Shown piece after piece: positions 1-11,673 of a DNA stretch of 64,000 nucleotides; position 1 is the first letter of the stretch, and each line of letters begins with the position of its first letter. A model generated the notes under the pieces. That model worked only from the letters and a program-made list of their open reading frames with translations, did no database searches and was not told where the DNA came from. Source of the DNA: TPA_inf: Saccharomyces (Eukaryota). A program made the position numbers and the translations under genes. The stretch covers positions 992,001-1,056,000 of the forward strand of contig BK006948.2 in assembly GCA_000146045.2 (NCBI GenBank), read 5' to 3'.

Positions 1-833
<833 letters not shown>

Positions 834-863
834 AATGTAAACGGCAAATTTTACATATAATCA

Positions 864-2855
864 TTATTTTTGTTGCATTTGCTTAGATCTTATGTAAGAA
901 AATAGATTTTCTACTCTCTTTGCATAGGATACATCCGCAGCAAAATTATATTCCGCATCATTTGCGGTAAATAAAGCTTCATTCCGCATTTCTTTATCTC
1001 TTTTTGCTTTAGATTTTTGGAAAATTTCTGAATCCATATGAAATAGAGTTTTTCGCTCCCCAAAAATTTTGCGCAATTCCATTATGTTTATTGGTTGAAT
1101 GGTCCCTTTTTCTGACTTAAATGGTTTATTCTCAACATACCATTCGCCGACGTCATCTGTTATCTGCAAAACTCTATCGGTGTTTTCTTGTATATCAATT
1201 TCTAAGCTGGATAGCCATTCAGAAATTGCATCTCCGATTTGTATTGGCAACCTCCACGAAAACTTATCACTAAACTTATCGAAAAGAAAAAATTTGTGAC
1301 TTTGTGTAACCAACAAATTATAGAAAGCAAAATAGAAAAAATCAGAATCAGAGTAGTTTTTGCAGACTTTCAACATCGAGAGAAAATCGTGGGAGGTAAA
1401 TTGATAGCCGATTTCATTCAACTGGTTATACAATGCCAGTAGAGTAAGTTTGGTAGAAATATCTTGAGAGGCGCCATGAAAGAGGCAATGAAAAGTGGAA
1501 TTTTCTTTGTTTCCAACTATATTATCTGTGAGTAATAATGGCTGCCATAAATTTTTTTCGTATACTATGTGCTCGACCAATGAAAGCATAAAATCGAAAT
1601 CCTTGCGCACAGATAAGTGACACAGTAGCATATCAATAAAAAAAGCTCTTAAGGAATGCAGGTTGGACTCAGCCTGCATTTGGTCATCAACCTCCTTAAT
1701 GTGCTTTTTCCATACTTCTAAGTTCAGAGGCAAATCACTTAATTTAAACGATAGAAATTGAAGAAATGAATCTTGCTTGAGAGGTTCGAAATTATCTTTT
1801 GATAAAATATGTATGCTCTGCTTCAAACTCACGTCAGTTGGTAATTTTTCAAGTCCGAATTGCCTAGTGACAGCGGTAGTTGATGATAATCCATTCATGG
1901 TTTCAATAACTTTGAGGCAAGAATGGTTCTGGGATAATTGTATCAAGTTGGAGGAATCATGCTGATCAAAATGAAAGTTCCATTCAGACAAGCTCCTTAA
2001 AATCTGACAAGCTTCATTCTCCATATTTTGTGCTATCATTACTTTTAGACTTTTGACTAGGCATGGACTAAATAACTCCAACAATTGAATAGCTCTTTCA
2101 CGCTCCTTCGAACCTCTTAAACCAGAATCCGGTACACATGAGGATAAAATATCCAACATACTTGTCCATTGGGAGGTCTCCACATAAAATGCCAGCTGGG
2201 ATAAATTGGCTAATAATTGACCCTCCGAATTTTCCGCGAACAACCGCTGTATTGCCCTTAAGTAGTAGTTCGATTGGGATTTAACAATTAAAAGAGTACA
2301 ATTCCTCAAAAATTTTATGTTTGCCCGAAATTTTCCTTCTATAGTTAAAGATTTGGTTTTAAGAAAATAATAGCGATCCAATAATTGCAATGAAAATTTA
2401 GCTAGTGCAATTTTGTCATTTGCGGACCGAAGCGATAGTTTATAGAGCATATTAGATAGCTCATGATAAAATTCCAAAGGCAGCCGATCAGGTGGGAATG
2501 CATCAATCTGTCGGCCACTTTTATTTAGCCATTTTATGTGACCTGTGCCAATACGATTCAACAACGCAAAATACAAAGCAGGATTATCGGATGTACGAAG
2601 CTTCTGTAGAGTAGTCAGTACCACATTTAATCGTAAATTTACATTTTGGAGCTTATCTTCATTCAGTTTATCTTTTCTTGTTAGCGCATCCTTCAACCAT
2701 TTATCAGTTATTGAGTTAGTTCTTTTGTTATTTGGTAAACGTTTATGCGATGATGGCTGTCGCCCTAGCTGTGGTAGTATTTCAGGAGTGATTAAAGAGT
2801 CCTTAATCAGCTTACCAATATGACTAGACGAATATCTTTTAAAAAGTAACTTCAT
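864..2855 (-). CDS. MNE1: Mitochondrial matrix protein required for COX1 group I intron aI5beta splicing (663 aa)
   Basis: 663-aa ORF with ATG start at 2853-2855 (read as cat on +). Size and position next to MEK1 match YOR350C. Confidence 0.75.
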   Translation of the reverse strand: MKLLFKRYSSSHIGKLIKDSLITPEILPQLGRQPSSHKRLPNNKRTNSITDKWLKDALTRKDKLNEDKLQNVNLRLNVVLTTLQKLRTSDNPALYFALLNRIGTGHIKWLNKSGRQIDAFPPDRLPLEFYHELSNMLYKLSLRSANDKIALAKFSLQLLDRYYFLKTKSLTIEGKFRANIKFLRNCTLLIVKSQSNYYLRAIQRLFAENSEGQLLANLSQLAFYVETSQWTSMLDILSSCVPDSGLRGSKERERAIQLLELFSPCLVKSLKVMIAQNMENEACQILRSLSEWNFHFDQHDSSNLIQLSQNHSCLKVIETMNGLSSTTAVTRQFGLEKLPTDVSLKQSIHILSKDNFEPLKQDSFLQFLSFKLSDLPLNLEVWKKHIKEVDDQMQAESNLHSLRAFFIDMLLCHLSVRKDFDFMLSLVEHIVYEKNLWQPLLLTDNIVGNKENSTFHCLFHGASQDISTKLTLLALYNQLNEIGYQFTSHDFLSMLKVCKNYSDSDFFYFAFYNLLVTQSHKFFLFDKFSDKFSWRLPIQIGDAISEWLSSLEIDIQENTDRVLQITDDVGEWYVENKPFKSEKGTIQPINIMELRKIFGERKTLFHMDSEIFQKSKAKRDKEMRNEALFTANDAEYNFAADVSYAKRVENLFSYIRSKQMQQK

Positions 2856-3017
2856 ATTCTTCTTGGCACACTACTATCATTTTTTCTCGCCGTTTCTAGT
2901 AGAAAAGGGCAACTTTTACTTAAAAATCATACAATTGACTTACTTTTTTTTTTTTACACAGATACCTTTTTATTTTGAACTACGCGCAGTTTGAAAGAGG
3001 AAGAGATAATCCTATGA

Positions 3018-4511
3018 TTACTCCAAAACCTTCTTCTTTTTCGGTATTGCCTGAGAAATGATAACACTTTTGGGTAACTTCCTTTTCCAGTCTGAATTTA
3101 TACTTTCTAGTTTAGGGCCTTCGTTATTGCACAATATCTTTTTGTAATATAATCTCTCTAATTGACTTAAGTGTTTTGCAATCCAAATATGTTTGAGACC
3201 TTGCTTACTATTTAATCGTTTAACTACGTCAGTTTGCAAAAGGTCTTTGACAAAACTCTTGGCATTATCTGAAACAATATCCCACTGCTTCAGTTTGAAA
3301 TTCAGCTTCCCAATTTTTGCATTTTGAATAATACTCCTCTCAGAACCATCTCCATAAAAAGGCGAGATCCCTGTTAACATAATGTGTGTAATGACACCCA
3401 AAGACCAAAGATCACATTTACTGTCATAACCTCGTTGCTCTAACGTAGCTGCTCTTGAGAAGCTTTGATATGCTTTTCTGTTTGCTCTGAATCCAACTTC
3501 TGGAGCGCAGTATTCCGGAGTGCCTACGACAGTATGCATTCTTTCTTTGTTGGAATTTAAATCTTTAGCTATACCAAAGTCTGCCAAGACGATTCTAGTG
3601 CACGGTTCTGGCGTACATAACAAAATATTGTCTAGTTTCAAATCGCGGTGAACAATGTCTTGATCATGAAGGTAGTTTAAAGCTTGCAAAATTTGAAAGA
3701 CGATCAATAGCGATTCAGTTTCTGACATGGAAGTTAGACAGTCGCCTTTAGCTAGGTAAGAAAACAAATCACCACCAGGGATAAGATCCTGGAATATGTA
3801 AAGGTGATTGTTCCTGTCACAGAAAGTATGGTAGACTTTGATAATATTTGGGTGATCCAGTCTCAAAAGGATTCGAGCCTCTTTATCGAATTTATTTGGT
3901 TTTAGTTTAATGATCTTCACAGCATAATTTTCAGGGTGATAACAGACATCTTCATCACGTTCTTTTGAGTTATGCGTGATCAGAACATGACCGAAAGTGC
4001 CATTACCCACTATTCTATTTGTTATTTCCCATTGGTCTACTTCCCTCAGAAAACCCATTTGATCTAAAAGTTTTGGGTCCAGAGAAGATTGTAAATCATC
4101 ATTAATCATAAAAACTAGTCGTGTTTTTTTAATGTCATTTTCTTCACTTCCCTGCGATAATTCAATAACGTCGCAATGTTTTAAAAGATACGTTTTGTCC
4201 CTTTTCAAAAGCAAACCGTTCAAATACGTTCCATTAAGAGAACAATCTTTAACGTAGAACATTGGAATACTATCCTCATCAAAAAAGACACACCAAAACA
4301 CGCAATGAACAGAGGAGATAGAGGGATTCGTTAGAACGAGTTGACATTCCTTATCATTTCTCCCAACTTTCACGAGCTGATGCTTTACTATAGGTATTGT
4401 CTGCTCTGTATTATAGCCGCCTACATTAACTTCCAGGTGAGCAGGAGCTACGCCACCTGCCATCTCAATATCATCTTTGGTTGCAAGGTTGCAGCTATAC
4501 AACGGTCTCAT
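3018..4511 (-). CDS. MEK1: Meiosis-specific Ser/Thr protein kinase with N-terminal FHA domain (497 aa)
   Basis: FHA-like N-terminus followed by kinase motifs (GNGTFG, HRDLKLDNIL, DFG, TPEYCAPE). Track start at 4574 is GTG; first ATG at 4511 gives 497 aa. Upstream URS1 elements support a meiotic gene. Confidence 0.9.
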   Translation of the reverse strand: MRPLYSCNLATKDDIEMAGGVAPAHLEVNVGGYNTEQTIPIVKHQLVKVGRNDKECQLVLTNPSISSVHCVFWCVFFDEDSIPMFYVKDCSLNGTYLNGLLLKRDKTYLLKHCDVIELSQGSEENDIKKTRLVFMINDDLQSSLDPKLLDQMGFLREVDQWEITNRIVGNGTFGHVLITHNSKERDEDVCYHPENYAVKIIKLKPNKFDKEARILLRLDHPNIIKVYHTFCDRNNHLYIFQDLIPGGDLFSYLAKGDCLTSMSETESLLIVFQILQALNYLHDQDIVHRDLKLDNILLCTPEPCTRIVLADFGIAKDLNSNKERMHTVVGTPEYCAPEVGFRANRKAYQSFSRAATLEQRGYDSKCDLWSLGVITHIMLTGISPFYGDGSERSIIQNAKIGKLNFKLKQWDIVSDNAKSFVKDLLQTDVVKRLNSKQGLKHIWIAKHLSQLERLYYKKILCNNEGPKLESINSDWKRKLPKSVIISQAIPKKKKVLE

Positions 4512-4637
4512 TCCGCTCTTCTTCTTTCTGTTGTATATTTGGTCCTTAATAAAATTTGAAACGTACAAGAGCACTCCAGAAGGAGCTCAAGTAAAAAATT
4601 AGTCAAACCTCTCCCTTTTATACTTGAATGAATGAAA

Positions 4638-4647
4638 TAGCCGCCGA
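4638..4647 (-). promoter_or_regulatory. URS1 (Ume6-binding early-meiotic element), perfect TCGGCGGCTA on the MEK1 strand, about -130 from the MEK1 ATG
   Basis: + strand reads tagccgccga. A second partial copy TGGCGGCTA lies at 4652-4660. Confidence 0.6.
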
Positions 4648-5212
4648 AATTTAGCCGCCATCATTCTTCTTTTCCCCGGCTAAATTACCACGGTATGCTT
4701 TATGATTGGAAAATACCCATAAAGTAGGAATAAACTACAAATGATTCCACTTAATGAAAGATAAGCAGACAAATATACTGCATATAAGTGAAAAATAGTG
4801 AGGAGATCGCTATCAGTCAATATTGTGAAGGACCTACCTACTCTTTTTCTAGATATATATTTTTTATTTGCACAGGACCCCTCTTGCATAATTGTTCCTA
4901 CTAATACGGTAGGTAGCACACAATTTTACACCACTTGCTTTACAATCATACCTCATAGGGCCTTCTTATTCTGATAATGCCCCTTTTAGAATGGCTAAAC
5001 TGCTTACGTCCCGCTTTCTTACGCACTGCGCGCAACATGCAGGAAGAACAAACAACCTCGCCCTGTTTCCATAATGAAGGTCCTTGAAATAGAAGCCCCA
5101 CAAAAGGGTGGAAATGTGGCAGAATAAACAGTAAGCTAACTGTTGTAGAGACTCCAAGCCCTGGTAAGGAAAGAAATATTATAAAAATAAAAGATTTCAA
5201 CACAGTATTTTG

Positions 5213-6244
5213 ATGTCTGAGCCAAACACACCATTACATGCTCAACCGAATGAGCAACTGGACTTGAACAACTTAAATGATCTAGATGAAAAAGACATTG
5301 ATGATTTAAACTTGGATCCAAACTCAGATGTAGAAATTAGTGCAGACTCAGGTGATGTCGTAAATTCTAACATAGACAACGTTATATGGCAGCGTAATTG
5401 TAATAAGAAAAGAAGATATCATACACCAGAATTCAATGATGTTTACAATGAAACTAACAACACAATCAACGACGTAACTATGCTCGATGATGTTGACGAT
5501 TTCCAGCCTAGAATAAACGTGTCTTCTCCCTTTTCGTCTGCCACAAAGCTGAGTGAATTATTGCCAAATGATCACAATGGAACGTCACACCCGAGAAGAT
5601 TGTCAATGTCTCAACAATCCAAATTCATCTCTTACGTTGATGATCAGCTTTTACAAATTCAAAGAAAATTTGTTCAATCCAGGGGCCTGAATATCAAAAA
5701 CGGCTATGCCAGTCTTACTCCGCTGCTGCAGGATTTAAAAACTTTAGTTGACTTCGTTTGGTATTCTATTGCCCATGTTCCAAACTCAGACTATTTACTT
5801 CAATCAGAAGAAAAGAGACATTGCCCAGATTCCCGAAACCCAAAAGATACATGCGGATATTCTAGTTATTTTGGTCAAGGGTCCTATTTAATAAAAATTG
5901 CGGACGATCTCATCGATTACGTTGAAAAATTTACATTCAAAAATATGGAAGACTCAGAGATTAATGACACTTTATCCAAATTATTCAAACTCTTCTTCAT
6001 CCTTGACAGGATATTTGTAATTCTAACTGATGATAATGATAATTGCAAAGAAGTCCCTAAAACGTCTTCAGCCAGCAAGAACATAGCAGGATTGAATGGG
6101 ACTGATATTGTGAGGTTAAAAGGTATCGCGGAACGAACAAGAGTTCGCCTACCCATATTTTTGGAATCCCAGGGTATCCATGGTTACCATTATGAATTAA
6201 GCAAGATTTACGAGGGATTTTTAGACCATGCCAATTCATTTTAA
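5213..6244 (+). CDS. TFB6: TFIIH-associated factor Tfb6 (343 aa)
   Basis: Track start at 5210 is TTG; ATG at 5213. Acidic, Asn/Asp-rich N-terminus. Size and position match YOR352W. Confidence 0.75.
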   Translation: MSEPNTPLHAQPNEQLDLNNLNDLDEKDIDDLNLDPNSDVEISADSGDVVNSNIDNVIWQRNCNKKRRYHTPEFNDVYNETNNTINDVTMLDDVDDFQPRINVSSPFSSATKLSELLPNDHNGTSHPRRLSMSQQSKFISYVDDQLLQIQRKFVQSRGLNIKNGYASLTPLLQDLKTLVDFVWYSIAHVPNSDYLLQSEEKRHCPDSRNPKDTCGYSSYFGQGSYLIKIADDLIDYVEKFTFKNMEDSEINDTLSKLFKLFFILDRIFVILTDDNDNCKEVPKTSSASKNIAGLNGTDIVRLKGIAERTRVRLPIFLESQGIHGYHYELSKIYEGFLDHANSF

Positions 6245-6345
6245 CATTTACATTCAACCAGTGGCGTGTATCTTTTATACAATAAATCTGTAACTTTTAA
6301 AACTTCTGTTTCCGAACTCCTCATTTTTCATGCATAAATATATAA

Positions 6346-6366
6346 ATATATATATATATATATATA
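6346..6366. repeat. (TA)10 dinucleotide microsatellite in the TFB6/SOG2 convergent 3' region
   Basis: Alternating AT run. Confidence 0.9.
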
Positions 6367-6452
6367 AAGCATACATTTCAGTACCATGGGGTATATGATC
6401 CTCCCATTACGTATTCTAAAGTTCGCGTTTTCTCACAATGCAAGTTTTTATA

Positions 6453-8828
6453 TTACTCCGGAGAGTTGGCGCTTACTGATACAGCCTTGTATGAACTCAA
6501 GTCCAATATCACAGTGACATCCTTGGTAATCTTCGCCAAGTTGGCTAGGTTAGGTCTCAGCTCATTCAAATTAGGCACGTCGCTCATTACGATTTTAGTA
6601 TTAGCCAGAATTGATATTATTACTTTTAAGAACGAATTCATTATCTCCCACGTTTTCAGCTTCTCCAAAGATGTCAGATACTTCTCTGAATTTGAATCGT
6701 TCGGTATTAATACATTTAACCTTTCATTCAATTGTTTGGATAAATCCATCGCTTGACGACATGTTTCCGTCAAATCACGAATTTTAGGTGCTAGCGAGTC
6801 CGTCAAAATTTGCTTTCCCATGGTGCTAGCAATGGCTATCTTGGATATCTCTGAAGTTAACTGGTTATATACAACGCTCACCATTTTAACTACTGTGGAC
6901 AACGTTTGATACAGTTGAATGTCAATATTTGTCTCCACTACATTAGCACTACTGTTCGCGGCACCACCACCATTCATCGGTGGTGGGGTTATATTAACAT
7001 TCGAGACGTTATTACTATTTGATGCGTTAATTATTGAAGAAGTCATAACCGGATGCTGTTTAGGTTCATGCGCCTGTGACTCTTTTTTCGAATCGCTGAT
7101 GGATTTATTGTGCTGAAGCAGCTGTTGCCTTGGAATAGTATCGCTAGTAGTTTTTACTTCATTCATGTTCGTTTGAGAACTTCCATTGCTTATTGCATTT
7201 TGGTGTCCCAAAATTGGACCATGGGTGTGTGCACCATTTAGATTTGGTGATAAAAGAGGAACAGCAGTGGTATCACCCGTCAGAATATTACTATTTGAAA
7301 GCAATGCAGATGCAGATGGTGTTCTTGTGCTCCTTGTTTTCGGCAGTAATTTTATGTTTCCGCTACAATGTGTACTGGTCGTACTTGCTGCGGGTCCTCC
7401 ACCGCTTGTGATACTACTGGACGATGTCTCGTGCCTCGAAAAAGAATGTTTCTTGGGTGCCTTACTTGCAGAACCGGACACTTGATCATCTTCTTTGATA
7501 AAAGACCATGCATTATACATTTCCATATAAGCACACATTAATGTCATATAAAACATCCTTATGAAGCATAGATCGTCTTCTTTGAAAAAAATCTCAAAAT
7601 TTTTTCTCAACAATGTTATAATTTGTTTAAAATTTGTGATGATAGTGAGGCACAGCTTGATTAACGCCTGATCATGCGATTCGTCTTCGTTCTCTGTTTG
7701 CTGCAAGACCTCCACCAGATTATCAGTATGTGATCTGACAGAGTATAATAATGATACTACATTAACCGCTACGGCCTTCTCTTTACAGAAAGAGGCGATT
7801 TTTCTGATAGCTTGTTGGCATTCTGTAAAACTAAATAGGAGCTTCCGACAGGAAACAACCAACTCTGCATGCGATATTTTTTGATGCCCGTTACTCATTG
7901 ACTCTTCTGGTAAAATCGACAACCTCTTGAAGTAGTCATTATATTTGGTGTGATTGTATAGTTCCGTACCATTCACTGCCCCACTTTGTTCTGATTCTGC
8001 ATTGACTGTACCACTGAAAGATGTTGCAGAGGTTTGATTAGATGAGACCATTGCAGTAGATGCACTTATAGTTGTATTTGCACTTGGGGCAAGTGAAATT
8101 ATATTGTTTTCATTCATTGCTCCATTAGACAAGTTCGTATTTATGAATCCCATTCTTTTCGCTGCTCTAGATATTTTAGGTTCTGGAGTAGGTAGGTTAG
8201 GATGATCTTTTAGATATCGTGATATCGCAATTGCCCAATATTCTTCTTTGGGGATGCCCGTATGAAATGGAGTATAACTCTGTACTTGGTCAAGCTCTTC
8301 TTTGGGTATTTTATTATCCTCTAAATCCAAGATGCTCAGCTTGTTTAATTTTGTGATCGATTTCAAATTACGTATGCTAGTAACGTTGTTGTCTTTCAAT
8401 GATAATACACGAATATTATCTTGCCAAAACGATGATATTTCATCTGGCAATGCTTCAATCTCATTGGAGGACAGATCCAAGATCTCTAATTGAGGGCATT
8501 GTGTCAAAATATATGGGATTTCTTTAAAATTGTTATTATGCAAATCCAGATATTGCAGCCTTGATAACCTCTTGAAACTCGCTGGTAAGGATGTTAAGTG
8601 ATTTTTCCTTAAAGACAGTCTTTCAACATTTTGGATATATCCCACATCTTCATCTGATATGGACTTGATATTAAGAGCTATTAATTTTAGTGTAGTACCA
8701 CTAGAGCTGGATTTCTCTTGTGTTGCCAACTCAGATATTATAGTGTTGCTTGAATTAGTGGATGTTTTGTCAGCAGGCAAATGTTCCTCCTTCGGATCCA
8801 ACGTCCTCTTTGAAGATGTCGCTACCAT
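6453..8828 (-). CDS. SOG2: Leucine-rich-repeat protein of the RAM signalling network (791 aa)
   Basis: ATG at 8826-8828. N-terminal LRR repeats (LxxLxLxxNxL, e.g. LDLSSNEIEALPDEI). 791 aa matches YOR353C. Confidence 0.85.
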   Translation of the reverse strand: MVATSSKRTLDPKEEHLPADKTSTNSSNTIISELATQEKSSSSGTTLKLIALNIKSISDEDVGYIQNVERLSLRKNHLTSLPASFKRLSRLQYLDLHNNNFKEIPYILTQCPQLEILDLSSNEIEALPDEISSFWQDNIRVLSLKDNNVTSIRNLKSITKLNKLSILDLEDNKIPKEELDQVQSYTPFHTGIPKEEYWAIAISRYLKDHPNLPTPEPKISRAAKRMGFINTNLSNGAMNENNIISLAPSANTTISASTAMVSSNQTSATSFSGTVNAESEQSGAVNGTELYNHTKYNDYFKRLSILPEESMSNGHQKISHAELVVSCRKLLFSFTECQQAIRKIASFCKEKAVAVNVVSLLYSVRSHTDNLVEVLQQTENEDESHDQALIKLCLTIITNFKQIITLLRKNFEIFFKEDDLCFIRMFYMTLMCAYMEMYNAWSFIKEDDQVSGSASKAPKKHSFSRHETSSSSITSGGGPAASTTSTHCSGNIKLLPKTRSTRTPSASALLSNSNILTGDTTAVPLLSPNLNGAHTHGPILGHQNAISNGSSQTNMNEVKTTSDTIPRQQLLQHNKSISDSKKESQAHEPKQHPVMTSSIINASNSNNVSNVNITPPPMNGGGAANSSANVVETNIDIQLYQTLSTVVKMVSVVYNQLTSEISKIAIASTMGKQILTDSLAPKIRDLTETCRQAMDLSKQLNERLNVLIPNDSNSEKYLTSLEKLKTWEIMNSFLKVIISILANTKIVMSDVPNLNELRPNLANLAKITKDVTVILDLSSYKAVSVSANSPE

Positions 8829-8974
8829 ACGTTACGGATACTTATAGACTTAACTCCCCCCAATAAGTTCAGGTGAAAAGTAGCATGGAGTTTTGGCATT
8901 AACTTTATTTGCCCACTTATATTTAGAGATCTTGAAATACTTTTTGTTACCCGACTTGTAGCTTCATTTTTTCA

Positions 8975-8992
8975 TTTTTTTTTTTTTTTTTT
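8975..8992. repeat. Homopolymeric dT18, about 150 bp upstream of SOG2
   Basis: 18 consecutive T. Confidence 0.95.
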
Positions 8993-9146
8993 ATTTTTAT
9001 TTTGTATTGTTCTTTGAAAGAATCATGCATGGAAGCAATAACTATTATACGGAAGTTATATACAAGAAATCATTATATAGTTACAGCATCATATGTGCAG
9101 AAAATTGGTTCTGAGCTTTTCTTATTGTCTTCTTATGACAAGTGTA

Positions 9147-11225
9147 TTAAGTCAACTTTTCTGGAACAGTAATTCCATCACATTCTTTTAAAATTTGAAT
9201 ATCCTTAGGGTTGGGACGAAAACCCTCATTAGTGCCTAAATCTCGCATAAACTGGTTAATAAAAGCAACCTCTTTGTCAGATAACTGCTGAGTATTGCGT
9301 GCAAATGTGGCCAAGTTGAATAGAATTTTCGAAACGGCCAAGTTCGACACCCTGATACTTGAATCCTTAGCTAGATTGTAGTACTTTTCGATGTAGGGAA
9401 CGTACTCGCTATGTTTACTCTTGTAAAGTTTATCACAGAACCCCAATAATAAAGCATTTAGAGGCGTATTATCCACGTTTCTCTTTCTAGTCTTTTGATA
9501 TGAGAGAAAATCAGAAAACAAATTCTTTGCCTCGGCCACTGTGCCGTCAGGCTTATTAAACTCTGCGGAAATAAAGTCTGCATAATTCCTAGCATTTAAG
9601 TGAGTTCCCAATTGTTTGTAAAGTTGACGAATCGGCTCGACAGTGGGGCACACTGAAATAAAGGCTTTCGTAATCTTTTCAACCTTTTCATAATCGGTGG
9701 GATTAATGGAAACACTTTGCAATAGATCGAATTGTGGGCGTGTATCTTCTGCCTGAAATTTATAATTAGCGTACATTTTAATGCTTAGAGTATCCAAAGT
9801 AGGGGGTAACACACCATCTGATGGATAATGGTTATAGTAAAATGTGTTGAATTGTTCTTCGCTCACTTTTTCATCATCTAACATTAGCAATAAAACTTTA
9901 TTGAACAACTTCTTGGTTTTAACAGTCTCTGCTAACTCCCCTTTGACTTGGTCATACTTTAGAGGCGAAGTTTGACATAAGGCCAGGAGAAATGCTTCCT
10001 TCACGATGGGATCTTTCTTGAACTTTTTAGGAAGTTCTTCTTCCCAAAATTCCTTTAAATGGTTGAAATTTCCAGAATCAGTTAGTGCGTTAACTAGCGT
10101 CGCATAAGATGTGTTTTTAATATTATCTCCTGGTTTGATAACACTGTTCCAGACTGCTAGAATTCTGTCCAACTTCTCTTTACTCGATTTAGCTCGTAAG
10201 TGCGACACAGCTCTTAAAAGACAATCTTTCAGCGACGTACTATTTGGGAAAACCTTGCTATACTGGTTATAAATAGTAACAACTTGGTCGGGTTTATCCA
10301 AATCAATAAACTTGTCCATGAACTTGCTTATGATCTCTACATTTTTCTCACCTTCAAGTTTATTGTATTGGCCATAAAGATCCCTTAAATCTATCCATCT
10401 AGGAGCATTTTCAATTTGACTTAAGAAATGATCACTATCCTGTACTGTGTATTGATAGTACAAAGTGTTTAGATTTTTGATAATCACGTCTCTTCTTTCA
10501 AGAGAGCTAAATTCTGTACTTAACATTCTTCTAATCATGTTAAAAGGTAAAACCTGGCCCATTTTACGATCGATCTGTAAAATCTTATACAGAATATTGA
10601 TATCCACAGTATTCTCTGGTAAAGATAAGTAAGCAATGGTGGTAATTGCAATATTTTGCATATGTGCACGAGAAGAACTATTTTGAAGTAAGATCACTGG
10701 GTTTTCGGAAATGGTTTCCAAGTACTTCACCCATAAGGCAATAACGTCCTGTGGTGATTGATTATATAGAAGGTACTTTAAAACAATCGTGAAATGTTGT
10801 GAGCGTGCCAATTTGTATTGGCACAATGTGTTTAATACTTGATAAGGATCTAGCGTCATATTTTTGCTTCTGTAACTTAATTCCTGTAGGAGATCCGAAG
10901 AAAAATTCGCTAACAAGTGTGATCTTTCCATAGGTGAAGGGTTCCTTAATTTCTGTTTCAACGATTCAATCTTATCTTTAAAGTCATTAAAAACTTCATT
11001 GATATCTGAATCTGGAGCTTTCAACTCGTTCTTCAAATCAGCAGCCAAATTTTGTACCCTTTCAAACGGTGAGACGTGCTTTTCTCTATTTCCTGAATGT
11101 CCATCATCTGTTTCTTGTAAGTGAACGCTGCTTTGTTGGTATATCGATGTTGAAGAGGTTAGACATCTTCGTGAAATAATCACCTTTGAACAATCAAAGG
11201 CCCTTAAAGCATTATGGGAAAGCAT
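9147..11225 (-). CDS. MSC6: Mitochondrial PPR-like protein Msc6, named for meiotic sister-chromatid recombination (692 aa)
   Basis: Track start at 11333 is GTG; first ATG at 11225 gives 692 aa. Helical-repeat composition. Order matches YOR354C. Confidence 0.75.
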   Translation of the reverse strand: MLSHNALRAFDCSKVIISRRCLTSSTSIYQQSSVHLQETDDGHSGNREKHVSPFERVQNLAADLKNELKAPDSDINEVFNDFKDKIESLKQKLRNPSPMERSHLLANFSSDLLQELSYRSKNMTLDPYQVLNTLCQYKLARSQHFTIVLKYLLYNQSPQDVIALWVKYLETISENPVILLQNSSSRAHMQNIAITTIAYLSLPENTVDINILYKILQIDRKMGQVLPFNMIRRMLSTEFSSLERRDVIIKNLNTLYYQYTVQDSDHFLSQIENAPRWIDLRDLYGQYNKLEGEKNVEIISKFMDKFIDLDKPDQVVTIYNQYSKVFPNSTSLKDCLLRAVSHLRAKSSKEKLDRILAVWNSVIKPGDNIKNTSYATLVNALTDSGNFNHLKEFWEEELPKKFKKDPIVKEAFLLALCQTSPLKYDQVKGELAETVKTKKLFNKVLLLMLDDEKVSEEQFNTFYYNHYPSDGVLPPTLDTLSIKMYANYKFQAEDTRPQFDLLQSVSINPTDYEKVEKITKAFISVCPTVEPIRQLYKQLGTHLNARNYADFISAEFNKPDGTVAEAKNLFSDFLSYQKTRKRNVDNTPLNALLLGFCDKLYKSKHSEYVPYIEKYYNLAKDSSIRVSNLAVSKILFNLATFARNTQQLSDKEVAFINQFMRDLGTNEGFRPNPKDIQILKECDGITVPEKLT

Positions 11226-11663
11226 CTGTATCCCAGTGGAAGGCTCTGATATTATTTTGTGCAGAGCCAACTTAAGCAAACATATAGACAGTACGTCCTT
11301 AGTTAGACATGTGTAGCAATTGAACGATTCCACAGGCGGTATGTATATCGTATATGATGATATTACATTTTACTTACCCCGCTTTTTCCCTCTTATAATC
11401 GATTAATTACTTAGTCGACGAGCAACCTTTTATGGCATATTTGAAAGGTAATACAATGTTCCAACTTCGTTTTTTATTCACAGATCAATTAACGTATTGG
11501 CACACCTGATATTTCCTCAATAGTAAGTAGTTTTGGTGATGTAACTTTGACACTACCTTCGACCGAATATTCACTTATAAAACTTATATATTACTTGCTT
11601 TTACTTCTAACTTGTCTGGAGAGTTCAATCTTTGTTTTCAGCTCTATATACCGGTTTTCTGCA

Positions 11664-11673
11664 TCGGCGGCTA
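11664..11673 (+). promoter_or_regulatory. Perfect URS1 consensus TCGGCGGCTA in the MSC6-GDS1 intergenic region, about 440 bp upstream of the MSC6 ATG
   Basis: Exact 10-mer match read directly from the sequence. Confidence 0.4.
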
